Shown: one piece after another, positions 1-9,111 of the stretch | Position numbering within the stretch: position 1 is the stretch's first letter | Layout of the letters: the number at the start of each line of letters is the position of its first letter | NCBI GenBank assembly: GCA_002430735.1 | Contig: DJCV01000010.1 | Location: 7,705 to 71,704, forward strand | DNA from: Candidatus Woesebacteria bacterium UBA5941 | GTDB taxonomy: Bacteria; Patescibacteriota; Microgenomatia; UBA8517 | Reading direction: 5' to 3' | DNA: 64,000 nucleotides | Made by a program: the position numbers and the translations under genes | Notes under the pieces: generated by a model | Databases searched by the model: none | What the model was told of the DNA's origin: nothing | The model's input: only the letters and a program-made list of their open reading frames with translations

Positions 1-1
1 T

Positions 2-1822
2 ATTACTCAATATGAAATGCATGCCTGTGAAGATGTGGGGCTTATTAAGTTTGATATCTTGGGTATTCGTAACTTATCCATTTTGGGAGACGCAATAGCT
101 CTCGTGAATGAATCACGAGGAATGGAACTTGATTTGCGCAAGTTTCCGCTCGATGACACCAAAACTTTTGAAATGTTATCGCGAGGAGAAACCATGGGGG
201 TATTTCAACTCTCTGGAGGAGGAATGACCAAGTATCTGATGGATTTGAAGCCTACGAAAATTGAAGACTTGATGGCAATGGTTGCATTATATCGACCAGG
301 ACCGATGGCTGTGATTCCTGAATACATTGCCCGAAAAAATAATCCTAATCTGATCCACTATTTAGATCCCCGAATGCGCAAATTCTTAGAGGCGTCGTAC
401 GGGCTTATTGTGTATCAAGATGACTTGCTCTTTAGCGCCATCGATCTAGCTGGATACACTTGGGAAGAAGCAGACAAATTCCGAAAAGCGGTTGGAAAAA
501 AGATTCCTGAAGAAATGGCAGCTCAGAAAGACAAATTTGTACAAGGAATTATTAAAAATGGCCAAACAGCGCAATTTGCCGAAGACTTATGGAAACTCTT
601 TGAACCATTCCAGTCGTATGGATTTAACAAAGCGCACGCGGCGAGTTACGGAATGGTCGCATATCAAACGGCGTATATGAAAGCGAACTTCCCGGTTGAG
701 TATATGACTGCCCTCATGACTGCAGAAAGTGGAGACACTGAAAAGATTACTGAAGCCATTAACGAATGTAACCGAATGGGAATTGTAGTGTTGCCTCCAC
801 ATGTCAACGAGAGTGATATTGGGTTTAAGGTTGTTCCTCACGAGGATTCAATTGAGGGAAATGGTATTCGATTTGGGTTTTCTGCAATTAAAAACGTCGG
901 AGGAGCTGCAATTGAGGCAATTATTGCTGCACGAAATGAAGCACCATTCACTTCATTTATCGATTTTTGTCAGCGTGTTGATGGAAGACGGGTAAATAAA
1001 CGCGTTCTTGAGAGTCTTATTAAAGTAGGGGCGATGGGCGCCTTCGGCAATCGTGCCAGCTTACTGGAGAGCGTTGATGAAGTACGATCAAAAACAAAAC
1101 CAGTCAGTACCACAGCACAGCAAGGTCTTTTCTTCGAAGAGGAGGAGGAAAAGCGATCTGCCACTCCTACTATTACGCATATTCTTGATACAAAACCTGA
1201 ATTTGAAGAAGATGTTTTAATTGGGCTTGAGCGAGAACTCATGGGATTCTCGCTATCGGCTCCTGCAGTCTCACAGCTTGTTGCTGAGTTAACCCCATAT
1301 CAAACACATCAGATATCCCATTTGAAAGCAGACGACCTTCCAAAGGAGCCAGTGAAGCTTGCATGCGTCATTTCTGAAGTCCGTACCGTTATTACCAAAA
1401 AGACCTCAGCTGAGATGGCATTTGCAAAGGTGAACGATGGGACGGGGAGTATGGACATTGTGGTGTTTCCAAAGCTCTACGCACAAACAAAAGAACAGTG
1501 GGTTGAACAAAAGCCGGTGCTAATTACGGGGAAACTGGATTTACGAGACGACGTTGTAAATATGCTTGCCGATTCAATTGAAACAGTCGCAACGCTCAAG
1601 GAAAAAGGAGGAACGCTCAAAATCACTATTCCGATGGGTACTGAATCCCAGAAATTGAAGGAATTAAAGGATTTATTGGAAACTAGCCCCGGAAGCCAGA
1701 AGGCAATTCTTGTCTTTGATGGAATGAACCATGAAGTGGAAGTACCGTTTACGATTCTTTGGAATCAAGACCTATCCCGAAAAATTGCAATGCTCCTGTC
1801 CGAGCAACCCTTGCAGAACTAA
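2..1822 (+). CDS. dnaE: DNA polymerase III alpha subunit, C-terminal part (5' end outside window)
   Basis: GLIKFDILG, VALYRPGP, IVYQD, YGFNKAHA, IRFGFSAIKNVG, clamp-binding QQGLF and OB-fold (MAFAKVNDGTG); the frame is open back to the window edge. Confidence 0.97.
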   Translation: MTQYEMHACEDVGLIKFDILGIRNLSILGDAIALVNESRGMELDLRKFPLDDTKTFEMLSRGETMGVFQLSGGGMTKYLMDLKPTKIEDLMAMVALYRPGPMAVIPEYIARKNNPNLIHYLDPRMRKFLEASYGLIVYQDDLLFSAIDLAGYTWEEADKFRKAVGKKIPEEMAAQKDKFVQGIIKNGQTAQFAEDLWKLFEPFQSYGFNKAHAASYGMVAYQTAYMKANFPVEYMTALMTAESGDTEKITEAINECNRMGIVVLPPHVNESDIGFKVVPHEDSIEGNGIRFGFSAIKNVGGAAIEAIIAARNEAPFTSFIDFCQRVDGRRVNKRVLESLIKVGAMGAFGNRASLLESVDEVRSKTKPVSTTAQQGLFFEEEEEKRSATPTITHILDTKPEFEEDVLIGLERELMGFSLSAPAVSQLVAELTPYQTHQISHLKADDLPKEPVKLACVISEVRTVITKKTSAEMAFAKVNDGTGSMDIVVFPKLYAQTKEQWVEQKPVLITGKLDLRDDVVNMLADSIETVATLKEKGGTLKITIPMGTESQKLKELKDLLETSPGSQKAILVFDGMNHEVEVPFTILWNQDLSRKIAMLLSEQPLQN

Positions 1823-1880
1823 CGATTATGCCCTGGTTCTTGCTAAATACGCAGTAAATCAGGTACAATAACGATCACGT

Positions 1881-2276
1881 ATGGCAATCATGACCACCCA
1901 CAAAGAAACAACCTTCGGAGTAGGAGATGTAGTTCGAGTACATCAACGACTTTTCGAGGCTGGAACAGACAAAAGCCGTGTGCAAGTTTTTGAAGGAACG
2001 GTAATTGCTATTCGTGGAAAAGATATGGGTAAAAGTGCTGTGGTTCGACGAATTGGTTCTCAAAACGTTGGAATGGAAATGATTTTTCCCTTAAATGCTC
2101 CTACTATTGAAAAAGTCGAAATCTCAAAGGCTGGAGTCAAAGGAGTAAGACAAGCAAAATTGTACTTTATTCGTGAAAAGAGCCGACGTGAGATTGATAA
2201 GATCTATTCTCGAACTCACAAAAAGGATCTTGAACCGCAAGCGAAGAAAAAGACAGTTAAAAAGACTGCAAAGTAA
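1881..2276 (+). CDS. rplS: 50S ribosomal protein L19
   Basis: GDVVRVH, RVQVFEGTVIA, VRRIG..VGMEMIFP, VRQAKLYFIR. Confidence 0.96.
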   Translation: MAIMTTHKETTFGVGDVVRVHQRLFEAGTDKSRVQVFEGTVIAIRGKDMGKSAVVRRIGSQNVGMEMIFPLNAPTIEKVEISKAGVKGVRQAKLYFIREKSRREIDKIYSRTHKKDLEPQAKKKTVKKTAK

Positions 2277-2329
2277 CACTCACTTTCTTATATTTATAAA
2301 TTCTTTTTTCGTGCTACAGTAAGCGTATC

Positions 2330-4237
2330 GTGAAGCGCATTAGTTTCTTCTTTATTTCTCTTCTTGGTTTGTTTTTCCTCTCCTCAAAGACAATTTATGC
2401 ACGCGAAGCAGTTATTTCCGTTGTGAACCCCGTTCGTATCTCTAGCTATACCATTAATATCGCTGAGAGCATCAAAGCACAAGCGCTCGTGACTCGCGAA
2501 TTAGCTATTCCAGCAACATGGCTTATAACGCACGAGATATTAGAAAACGAATCAGCGTTGCAAGAAATAAAATCCCTTCCCCAGGATCATGAAATAGGGT
2601 TGTTCTTAGAAATTTCTGAGGCATTGGCCAGGAAAGCTGGCGTTACCTATAAAAAACCTGATTATTGGTATCACCCGAAAGCGCTGTTTCTCTCAGGGTA
2701 CACACAGGATGAACGGGTTCGCTTGATCGATACGTTATTCAGCATTTTTAAAGAGCGCCTTGGTTATACACCAACCTCAGTCGGGTCGTGGTGGACTGAT
2801 AGCTTTAGCTTGGACTACATGCAAAAGACGTATGGCATTACGGCAAACCTTATGTGCAGTGACCAATATGCGACCGATAACTATCAATTGTGGGGACAAT
2901 ACTGGGGTGCGCCATTTTATCCCTCAAAAATACACGCAGGAAACCCTGGGACTGCAGACAATAAAATCGATGTTGTTATGATGCCGTGGGCACTCAGGGA
3001 CCCGCTTCATGGATATCAATCAAGTCTGTATAGCACCCAAGATTACTTCACCACAACAGAGAAACTCGATGAAACGTATTTTCAGAAAATCTTACATACC
3101 TATTTGTTTGACGAGAGAAACCCGTTTGGACTTGCCGTCATTGGCCTTGAAGGGGATTTTAATCCAGAAAACTATTCAGAACAGTATAAAACACAGCTTA
3201 CGATTGCGAAGGGAATGCGTGATACAGGAAAAATTAAAATCCAAACCATGAAGGATTTCTCAACGTATTACCGTAATCAGTTTGGAGAAACCCCCCAAAT
3301 GCAGATAACCGCGCCAGATTTATTGGGTGGAAACACCACGACCGAGTGGGTTAATTCACCATACTATCGAGTAGGACTTCGGTATAGAGAAAACGCAAAT
3401 GAGGTAACTATTTTCGACATACGTGCATATGATCAAAACTTTAAGGAGCCTTATTACAGTTCTCCGAATAGAGATTCCCATTTATCCATCGTTCTCCCAG
3501 GGGTACTTGATTCATATATTAATCCAAGTAGTACATGGACAATCCCACTTTCAAGGAACGATATCACGTTTCAAGAACGCTCAATTGTATTTCGTAGTCC
3601 AGTCGTTATTCCGAATCACATTCAACAAAACAATCGGGTGCAATCTTCTCGTCAGTCTCTCTCATTCCTCCCATGGAAATATCCAATCGAAGGAGTGGAG
3701 CTGCGTGCAGTAACTCCTGAAGCATGGAGTGTGCTTGGTTCAAATAAAGCGCGGCTGTTTTTCTTAGCAGGATGTGGTGGACTTATTCTGTTATTCGTCA
3801 TTGGATACAAAAAACAATCAATTATCTTGGCGCTTTTTATTGTAGGGGTCTTTTTTATACAAGGAACAGATCTTTATTTAGTCACCCCCGGAGAACTTGA
3901 TGCGCTATCCTTTTTAAAAACAAAGCCAGAAGGAGTGGTACTCGTTCCTGATACTGAATGTTTGCAATGTGAATATCACACCACGAGAAAACCTATTTTT
4001 ATGGTAAATAGCAGGGGATATGTGTCGCTGCTCTCGCAAAAACCTATTGTCTACAGTAACACAGTGTTTCAGGCACAGCGGGAAGAGATAAAAGAGACGC
4101 TTACGAAAACAAATGCACGATATTTATACCTCACGAAATTTGAAAGCTATACAGAGGAGTTGCCGTACTCACCAGGGGATAGTGGCGTCAAAAAGATATT
4201 TGAAAACGCAAACGTAACAATCTGGGAACGTGAGTGA
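2330..4237 (+). CDS. Exported/membrane protein with a polysaccharide deacetylase/GH57-like N-terminal domain and two TM helices near the C-terminus
   Basis: N-terminal signal peptide; PATWL, HEIGLFLE, FKERLGYTPTSVGSW resemble NodB/GH57-type barrels; hydrophobic segments at about aa 475-510. Confidence 0.55.
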   Translation: MKRISFFFISLLGLFFLSSKTIYAREAVISVVNPVRISSYTINIAESIKAQALVTRELAIPATWLITHEILENESALQEIKSLPQDHEIGLFLEISEALARKAGVTYKKPDYWYHPKALFLSGYTQDERVRLIDTLFSIFKERLGYTPTSVGSWWTDSFSLDYMQKTYGITANLMCSDQYATDNYQLWGQYWGAPFYPSKIHAGNPGTADNKIDVVMMPWALRDPLHGYQSSLYSTQDYFTTTEKLDETYFQKILHTYLFDERNPFGLAVIGLEGDFNPENYSEQYKTQLTIAKGMRDTGKIKIQTMKDFSTYYRNQFGETPQMQITAPDLLGGNTTTEWVNSPYYRVGLRYRENANEVTIFDIRAYDQNFKEPYYSSPNRDSHLSIVLPGVLDSYINPSSTWTIPLSRNDITFQERSIVFRSPVVIPNHIQQNNRVQSSRQSLSFLPWKYPIEGVELRAVTPEAWSVLGSNKARLFFLAGCGGLILLFVIGYKKQSIILALFIVGVFFIQGTDLYLVTPGELDALSFLKTKPEGVVLVPDTECLQCEYHTTRKPIFMVNSRGYVSLLSQKPIVYSNTVFQAQREEIKETLTKTNARYLYLTKFESYTEELPYSPGDSGVKKIFENANVTIWERE

Positions 4238-4252
4238 TTTGGTGTGCGGCGC

Positions 4253-4281
4253 AAAAAAAGTGGCGCCTATAAAAGCGCCAC
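4253..4281 (-). terminator. Intrinsic terminator of orphan gene 4308-4625
   Basis: GTGGCGC-8nt-GCGCCAC followed by T7 on the minus strand. Confidence 0.8.
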
Positions 4282-4307
4282 CTGCCTTGGGTGTTACAAA
4301 GAAGCTA

Positions 4308-4625
4308 CTACTGCGTCAAAAAGCCCATAAATGAATCAGGTTTTTCATCATCGTCCGGGACACCATGTGGAAAAATCTGTATTTGCAAATACCGGGGCAA
4401 TGCCCTCGCCGCTTTCAAGAACCGCGTGTCACCACAAGCGATCCTGAGCGTCTCAACATGTGAGATTAACCCATCTACATCGATATCAACAGATTCTCCG
4501 CCTTGCTGGCGACGAGTGTAAAGCGCTTCCGCAAACTTGGGAAGCATTGCGTCAACGTCTGCCCCATATCCTTCTGAACATACAATCAAACCTGATTCCA
4601 GCGTAGTAATGGTAGCTTTCTTCAC
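4308..4625 (-). CDS. Orphan protein, 105 aa (SD-led unit)
   Basis: Minus-strand TATACT (4663-68), AAGGAG (4632-37), GTG start, downstream terminator. Confidence 0.7.
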   Translation of the reverse strand: MKKATITTLESGLIVCSEGYGADVDAMLPKFAEALYTRRQQGGESVDIDVDGLISHVETLRIACGDTRFLKAARALPRYLQIQIFPHGVPDDDEKPDSFMGFLTQ

Positions 4626-4720
4626 GATCTACTCCTTGTAAGAACAACCCATGCGAGCGGGTAGTATATCAGAAGACAATGCTACACTTCAAATAACTAT
4701 AAGTGTTTTTTATTTTCTCG

Positions 4721-4749
4721 TTGACTATTAGTTATAGGTTTATTATAAT
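4721..4749 (+). promoter_or_regulatory. Sigma70-type promoter of the tRNA-Phe/tRNA-Cys unit
   Basis: TTGACT-17nt-TATAAT. Confidence 0.8.
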
Positions 4750-4762
4750 TCGAATCATTAAG

Positions 4763-4835
4763 GCCGGAGTAGCTCAGTTGGTAGAGCGATCGTCTGAAAA
4801 ATGATTTGGCACGGGTTCAAGTCCCGTCTCCGGCA
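4763..4835 (+). tRNA. tRNA-Phe (GAA), CCA not encoded
   Basis: Acceptor GCCGGAG/CTCCGGC, D arm AGCTCAGTTGGTAGAGC, anticodon loop CTGAAAA, T loop TTCAAGT. Confidence 0.95.
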
Positions 4836-4947
4836 AGTTCACGCACATTTTTAGATAATTCCCTCCCTCCTCTCTTAGGCAGGGGTCTCGGCGACACACC
4901 GTCTGAGGCCTCTCCGAGAGTTGAGAGGAAGATAGCAGTCAGAGAAT

Positions 4948-5019
4948 GACGACATGGCGAAGTGGCAACGCGGTGCCCTGCAAAGGCACTATCCTTCGGT
5001 TCGAATCCGAATGTCGTCT
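4948..5019 (+). tRNA. tRNA-Cys (GCA), CCA not encoded
   Basis: Acceptor GACGACA/TGTCGTC, anticodon arm GTGCC-CTGCAAA-GGCAC, TTCGAAT, U73 discriminator. Confidence 0.95.
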
Positions 5020-5045
5020 AATAACTCCCTGCTCCCCCCAACGGT

Positions 5046-5078
5046 TGCCGGATAGGTAGGCTAAATGCTTATCCGGCA
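5046..5078 (+). repeat. REP-like palindrome
   Basis: TGCCGGATAGGTA-7nt-TGCTTATCCGGCA; 13-bp stem with two G-U pairs. Confidence 0.55.
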
Positions 5079-5089
5079 CTGAAATTAAT

Positions 5090-5121
5090 AAGGGCTGATC
5101 ATATCGATCGGCCCTTTTTTT
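5090..5121 (+). terminator. Intrinsic terminator of the tRNA unit
   Basis: AAGGGCTGATC-ATATC-GATCGGCCCTT plus T-run. Confidence 0.85.
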
Positions 5122-5130
5122 ATGCACATA

Positions 5131-5165
5131 TTTCGTTTTCTTTTGTCTTTTGTTTGGGTTATACT
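5131..5165 (+). promoter_or_regulatory. ruvC promoter with candidate direct-repeat (SOS-like) operator
   Basis: TTTCG/TTTGT/TTTGG at 11-bp period abutting TATACT; 15 bp identical to the dinB-operon promoter. Confidence 0.55.
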
Positions 5166-5174
5166 GGCTTCACG

Positions 5175-5681
5175 ATGCTTCCTGTCACGATTTTAGGTAT
5201 TGATCCCGGCACAGCAACAACTGGGTTTGGTGTTATAGAAATGAATTCAAGTGGACTGGCGCTAGTAACATACGGATTAATTAAAACTGCAAAAGAAGGT
5301 TCTCCAGAAAACAGACTTGCATCAATATTTGATGAAATGAATCTGCTTTTTACTCGGTACAATCCACACGTCATGGCAATCGAAAAAGTCTTTTTCTCTA
5401 ATAACGCAAAAACTGCAATCCGCGTAGGACAAGCACAGGGAGTAATGTTACTGGCGGCTGCTCACCGTAGAGTACCCGTTGCAGAATACGCACCTGGAAC
5501 TATAAAAAAACAAGTAACAGGATCCGGGAGGGCTGATAAGAAAATGGTGATGAAAACAGTCATTGAAATATTGGGAACGAAAGTGTCAGTTGCGCTCACA
5601 GGGAAAACACATTTTGATAACGCTGCAGATGCATTGGCAATTGCCATGTGTCACGCCTTCAAAGAACGGGACAAGTCATAA
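5175..5681 (+). CDS. ruvC: Holliday junction resolvase RuvC
   Basis: ILGIDPG, AIEKVFF, VGQAQGV, VTGSGRADK, ADALAIA; start moved to ATG 5175 (9 nt after TATACT). Confidence 0.96.
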   Translation: MLPVTILGIDPGTATTGFGVIEMNSSGLALVTYGLIKTAKEGSPENRLASIFDEMNLLFTRYNPHVMAIEKVFFSNNAKTAIRVGQAQGVMLLAAAHRRVPVAEYAPGTIKKQVTGSGRADKKMVMKTVIEILGTKVSVALTGKTHFDNAADALAIAMCHAFKERDKS

Positions 5682-6094
5682 TGTATCGAAGAAAACAAAA
5701 AACTGTTGGGAAAGTTGATTGGGTTCGCGCACCGGACATTCATCACCGCGTACTCACACTGGTTGAACGGCTTGAATTGACATGGATTGAACCAGAAAAA
5801 ATTTATGCCGTACGCTCCACGGGAAGTTCAGCCCGTGCATATGCGCGCATTTGGGGAATGAGTCGAGTATGGCAAATTGCCGCGGGACTTCCGGCACTCT
5901 ACTGTATTGAAGTTGTTGCTCAATATTTCGATAAGCTTTCCCATAAAGAACAAGATAAAGTATTGCTCCACGAATTAGCACACATCCCTAAAAATTTCAG
6001 TGGGGCACTGCTTGCCCACACCCATTCAAAAGGAGGGTTCCATGACAAATTGCATGAGATGCTTGCTTCATATAATAGAATTAAGAAAGACTAG
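5681..6094 (+). CDS. Putative zinc metallopeptidase (HELxH)
   Basis: LLHELAHI motif, AYARIWG; ATG overlaps the ruvC stop (TAATG). Confidence 0.8.
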   Translation: MYRRKQKTVGKVDWVRAPDIHHRVLTLVERLELTWIEPEKIYAVRSTGSSARAYARIWGMSRVWQIAAGLPALYCIEVVAQYFDKLSHKEQDKVLLHELAHIPKNFSGALLAHTHSKGGFHDKLHEMLASYNRIKKD

Positions 6095-6115
6095 TTACCA
6101 ATAGAGGAGCACTGT

Positions 6116-6292
6116 GTGAAGTCAATTCGATATCTCTACTTGGCATACCTATTTGTGACATTAGGAGTAATTTCACTTTCAGTAACGATGTATCACAATC
6201 TGCGTCAAGTAAGTGTAGTAATGGCTGCCGCGCTTGTTCCATGGATCATTGTAGAAGCGATATCAGTACTCAGAAAACGTACTTGCCAATAG
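6116..6292 (+). CDS. Orphan 58-aa two-TM peptide (SD-led unit; below ORF-track cutoff)
   Basis: TATAAT 6071-76, GAGGAG, GTG start; (M)KSIRYLYLAYLFVTLGVISLSVTMYHNLRQVSVVMAAALVPWIIVEAISVLRKRTCQ; terminator follows immediately. Confidence 0.65.
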   Translation: MKSIRYLYLAYLFVTLGVISLSVTMYHNLRQVSVVMAAALVPWIIVEAISVLRKRTCQ

Positions 6293-6300
6293 CCAGTCAT

Positions 6301-6326
6301 AAAAGCCGCACATTCCGCGGCTTTTT
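6301..6326. terminator. Bidirectional intrinsic terminator
   Basis: AAAAGCCGC-7nt-GCGGCTTTTT. Confidence 0.8.
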
Positions 6327-6347
6327 CATTGGTATACTATGCTCACA

Positions 6348-7019
6348 ATGAAGGTTGTTGTAATTTTCGGTGACGATGAAGCAAAGAGCGATGCTCGTTT
6401 TAGGCACATTGTCTCTCAGGTTAAAAAACGCGGGTGGGAATGTGTTGCACTCGCTGATTCGTCTGTCTTGTCAGAAGTGATCGCTGGAAGCTCACTCTTT
6501 TCAAATGAACGACTGCTCAGTGTAATGCATGCTGCAAAAGTGCCTGTAAAGGAATATCAGTGGCTCGCAACCCACCACGAGCAATACGATGGAAGACTCC
6601 TTTTGTATTTTAAAAGCACGGTGCCAGCTGCTATCAAAAAACTACTGCCGAAAGATACGGTCTTTGAGGAATTCAAGCTCAAAAAGGAATTATTTTCTAT
6701 TATGGACATGGTATATCCAGGGAACTTCACACCAGTTATGAAGACCTTCCATACGATTATCAAAACAGACCCACCAGAACTTGTTATGGCACTTTTAGGA
6801 AGGCATCTGCGAGATCTTGTCTTAGTCAAAGCTCAGTCAAAAGCGCTACACCTTCCCGCATGGCGACTGCAAAAATTAGAACGACAAGCTAAACGCTTCA
6901 CAAATGAACAGCTTCTCCTTTTTACTCACGAACTTGCAGAAGCAGATCTCAAAAGTAAAACCGGAAAGGGAGATCTCGTCGTATTAATCGATCTCGCAAT
7001 TTCCAAATATTTACGATGA
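6348..7019 (+). CDS. holA: DNA polymerase III delta subunit (short form)
   Basis: SSLFSNERL motif; C-terminal WRLQKL..QA..F..EQL and ADLKSKTG. Confidence 0.75.
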   Translation: MKVVVIFGDDEAKSDARFRHIVSQVKKRGWECVALADSSVLSEVIAGSSLFSNERLLSVMHAAKVPVKEYQWLATHHEQYDGRLLLYFKSTVPAAIKKLLPKDTVFEEFKLKKELFSIMDMVYPGNFTPVMKTFHTIIKTDPPELVMALLGRHLRDLVLVKAQSKALHLPAWRLQKLERQAKRFTNEQLLLFTHELAEADLKSKTGKGDLVVLIDLAISKYLR

Positions 7020-7035
7020 GTGTAGAATGCAGATA

Positions 7036-8460
7036 ATGAGTGAACCCCAGATAAACACAACCATGTTCCGCGGATATGACATTCGAGGGGTGGTTGGAGA
7101 AGACTTAACTCCTGAAATTGTAAATCGATTAGCCAAAGCATACGCAACATTTCTCTACAGGCGTCAAATTCGTGAATGCGTGGTTGGCATGGATATTCGA
7201 GAGAGCTCGCCTGAATTTAAAGATTCGTTTATCGCAGGTCTTGTTGAGATGGGGATTAATGTGGTGGATTTCGGTTTATCACTTACACAAATTATGTATT
7301 TTGCTCAATATCATTATTTATCCAAAGGGGGAGCAATGATAACCGCTTCTCATAATCCACGAGAGTTTAATGGGCTGAAGTTAGGAGTCGGCTTTTCTGA
7401 CACTTTAATTACAGAAGAAATCCAGGAACTGAAAGAGATTACTTTGTCCGGTGAATTCAAAGGCTGGGATAAAACAGGGAGTGTACGCGTTGACGATGTG
7501 TTTCCTTCATACAAAGCAGATCTATTTAAAAGAATCCCTTTACATGATTCAGGACTCAAGGTTGTTATCGATTCATCCTGTGCCACAACCGGTAAATTCT
7601 TGCCAGACATATTACGCGAAGCAGGATGCACGGTGATTGAACAAAACACCAATCTCGACCCAACATTCCCACTTGGAACACCTGATCCAACTGAAAAAGA
7701 TGTCTTAGAGCGTCTTGCAAAAGGTGTTTCTGAACATCAGGCCGACTTAGGTGTTGCGTATGATGCAGATGGAGATCGCGTTGGCGTCGTTGACGCACAC
7801 GGGAGGCTCCTGTGGAATGACGTTCTCGTTGCGCTTTTTGCGCAAGATATATTGCATTATCTTCCCAACAGTCCAATTGTTTTTAACGCCCTCTGTTCAA
7901 AGGTCGTCGTTGACACCATAAAATCTCATGGAGGCGAGCCCGTTATGTGGCTTACAGGCCATAGCTTTATTAAAGCAAAAGTGCGAGAGACCCGAGCACC
8001 CTTTGGTGGAGAACTCTCAGGACACTTTTTCTTTATGGATAATTTCTACGGGCACGATGACGGGGCCTTCGCAACATTACGACTGTTGCAATTTTTAAAG
8101 CGAACAGGGAAAACGCTCGCTCAAGCAGTTGATGAATTGCCTCAGTATATAAGTAGCCCTGAAATTAAGTTAGGGCTTGCCGACACTATTAAGTTTGATT
8201 TTGTAAAAACACATTTTGCAAACGATATTAAGGCACTGTTCCCAAATGGAGCGTATACAGATATCGATGGATTCAGGGCAGATGATGCGACGCGCATGGC
8301 AATCATTCGCGCGAGCCAAAATGGACCGTATGTCACAATTAAATTTGAAGGAAAAACACAAGAGGAATACGACGCTCTCAAAAATGCAATTAAACAGATC
8401 CTCCAAAAATATACAGAGGTTGACTGGGAAAAAGGAGTCAACCTCAATGGATTTGAATAG
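7036..8460 (+). CDS. manB: Phosphomannomutase/phosphoglucomutase
   Basis: FRGYDIRG, MITASHNP, DADGDR, GGELSGH; start placed at ATG 7036 after TAGAAT. Confidence 0.93.
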   Translation: MSEPQINTTMFRGYDIRGVVGEDLTPEIVNRLAKAYATFLYRRQIRECVVGMDIRESSPEFKDSFIAGLVEMGINVVDFGLSLTQIMYFAQYHYLSKGGAMITASHNPREFNGLKLGVGFSDTLITEEIQELKEITLSGEFKGWDKTGSVRVDDVFPSYKADLFKRIPLHDSGLKVVIDSSCATTGKFLPDILREAGCTVIEQNTNLDPTFPLGTPDPTEKDVLERLAKGVSEHQADLGVAYDADGDRVGVVDAHGRLLWNDVLVALFAQDILHYLPNSPIVFNALCSKVVVDTIKSHGGEPVMWLTGHSFIKAKVRETRAPFGGELSGHFFFMDNFYGHDDGAFATLRLLQFLKRTGKTLAQAVDELPQYISSPEIKLGLADTIKFDFVKTHFANDIKALFPNGAYTDIDGFRADDATRMAIIRASQNGPYVTIKFEGKTQEEYDALKNAIKQILQKYTEVDWEKGVNLNGFE

Positions 8461-8466
8461 TCGGCC

Positions 8467-9018
8467 TTAGGCTGGCTTTCCCCCGACTAACTTACTTTCA
8501 ATAACTACTCCTTCAATATCTGCTTTCACTACATGCATGGTTTGTGTGCCGACGCAATTTCTTGTAAAAAGAATCGTTCCATCAGGCTCCCATGAGTAGT
8601 CTTGAATGAGACAGTACTGGTCTTTTGTAATGCGTGTCACTTCTAACGAATAAATGCGTATAACATTCAAGTTTGAATTTGCCGCCACATCCTCTTCGCT
8701 TGTGACGAATAAGATAAACCGTGAGTCTGGTGACCACACGAGTCCTTCAAAAATGGCCAAACCCAAAGACTTGCTGAGAAAGGTTTCATTGGTATATAAA
8801 TCACGAATTCCTACAACCGGCCATGCATCTTCAGACCGATAGACAAAAGCAACCTTGTCACAATGTGGTGATGGGACATATTTGATGATTGGCAAATCCT
8901 GTTGTGGAAGTGCTGTAAGTTCACCGCACTCTTGAAGTACATAAACATACTGACCAACACTCAATAGGGCGATAACAATACCAAGGATGACACCGATACC
9001 AATTACTCGACGTGTCAT
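8467..9018 (-). CDS. Membrane-anchored protein with TolB/PD40-like repeats (SD-led unit)
   Basis: N-terminal TM; PSP..DKVAF, WSPDSRFILF, SWEPDG; TATACT 9067-72 and AGGAG on the minus strand. Confidence 0.7.
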   Translation of the reverse strand: MTRRVIGIGVILGIVIALLSVGQYVYVLQECGELTALPQQDLPIIKYVPSPHCDKVAFVYRSEDAWPVVGIRDLYTNETFLSKSLGLAIFEGLVWSPDSRFILFVTSEEDVAANSNLNVIRIYSLEVTRITKDQYCLIQDYSWEPDGTILFTRNCVGTQTMHVVKADIEGVVIESKLVGGKPA

Positions 9019-9111
9019 GGAAATATTCTCCTGTTAAATGAACGAACTGACGAAGGACTAAAAAGGAGTATAGACTATGATCCATAGATCAGAAAGGTGT
9101 AATATAAATTA

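Noticed and set aside
4868-4940. SRP (4.5S) RNA
   Set aside because: The rod hairpin lacks the CAGG/GNRA/AGCAG domain IV arrangement; the nearby GGAAG..AGCAG is outside the hairpin apex.
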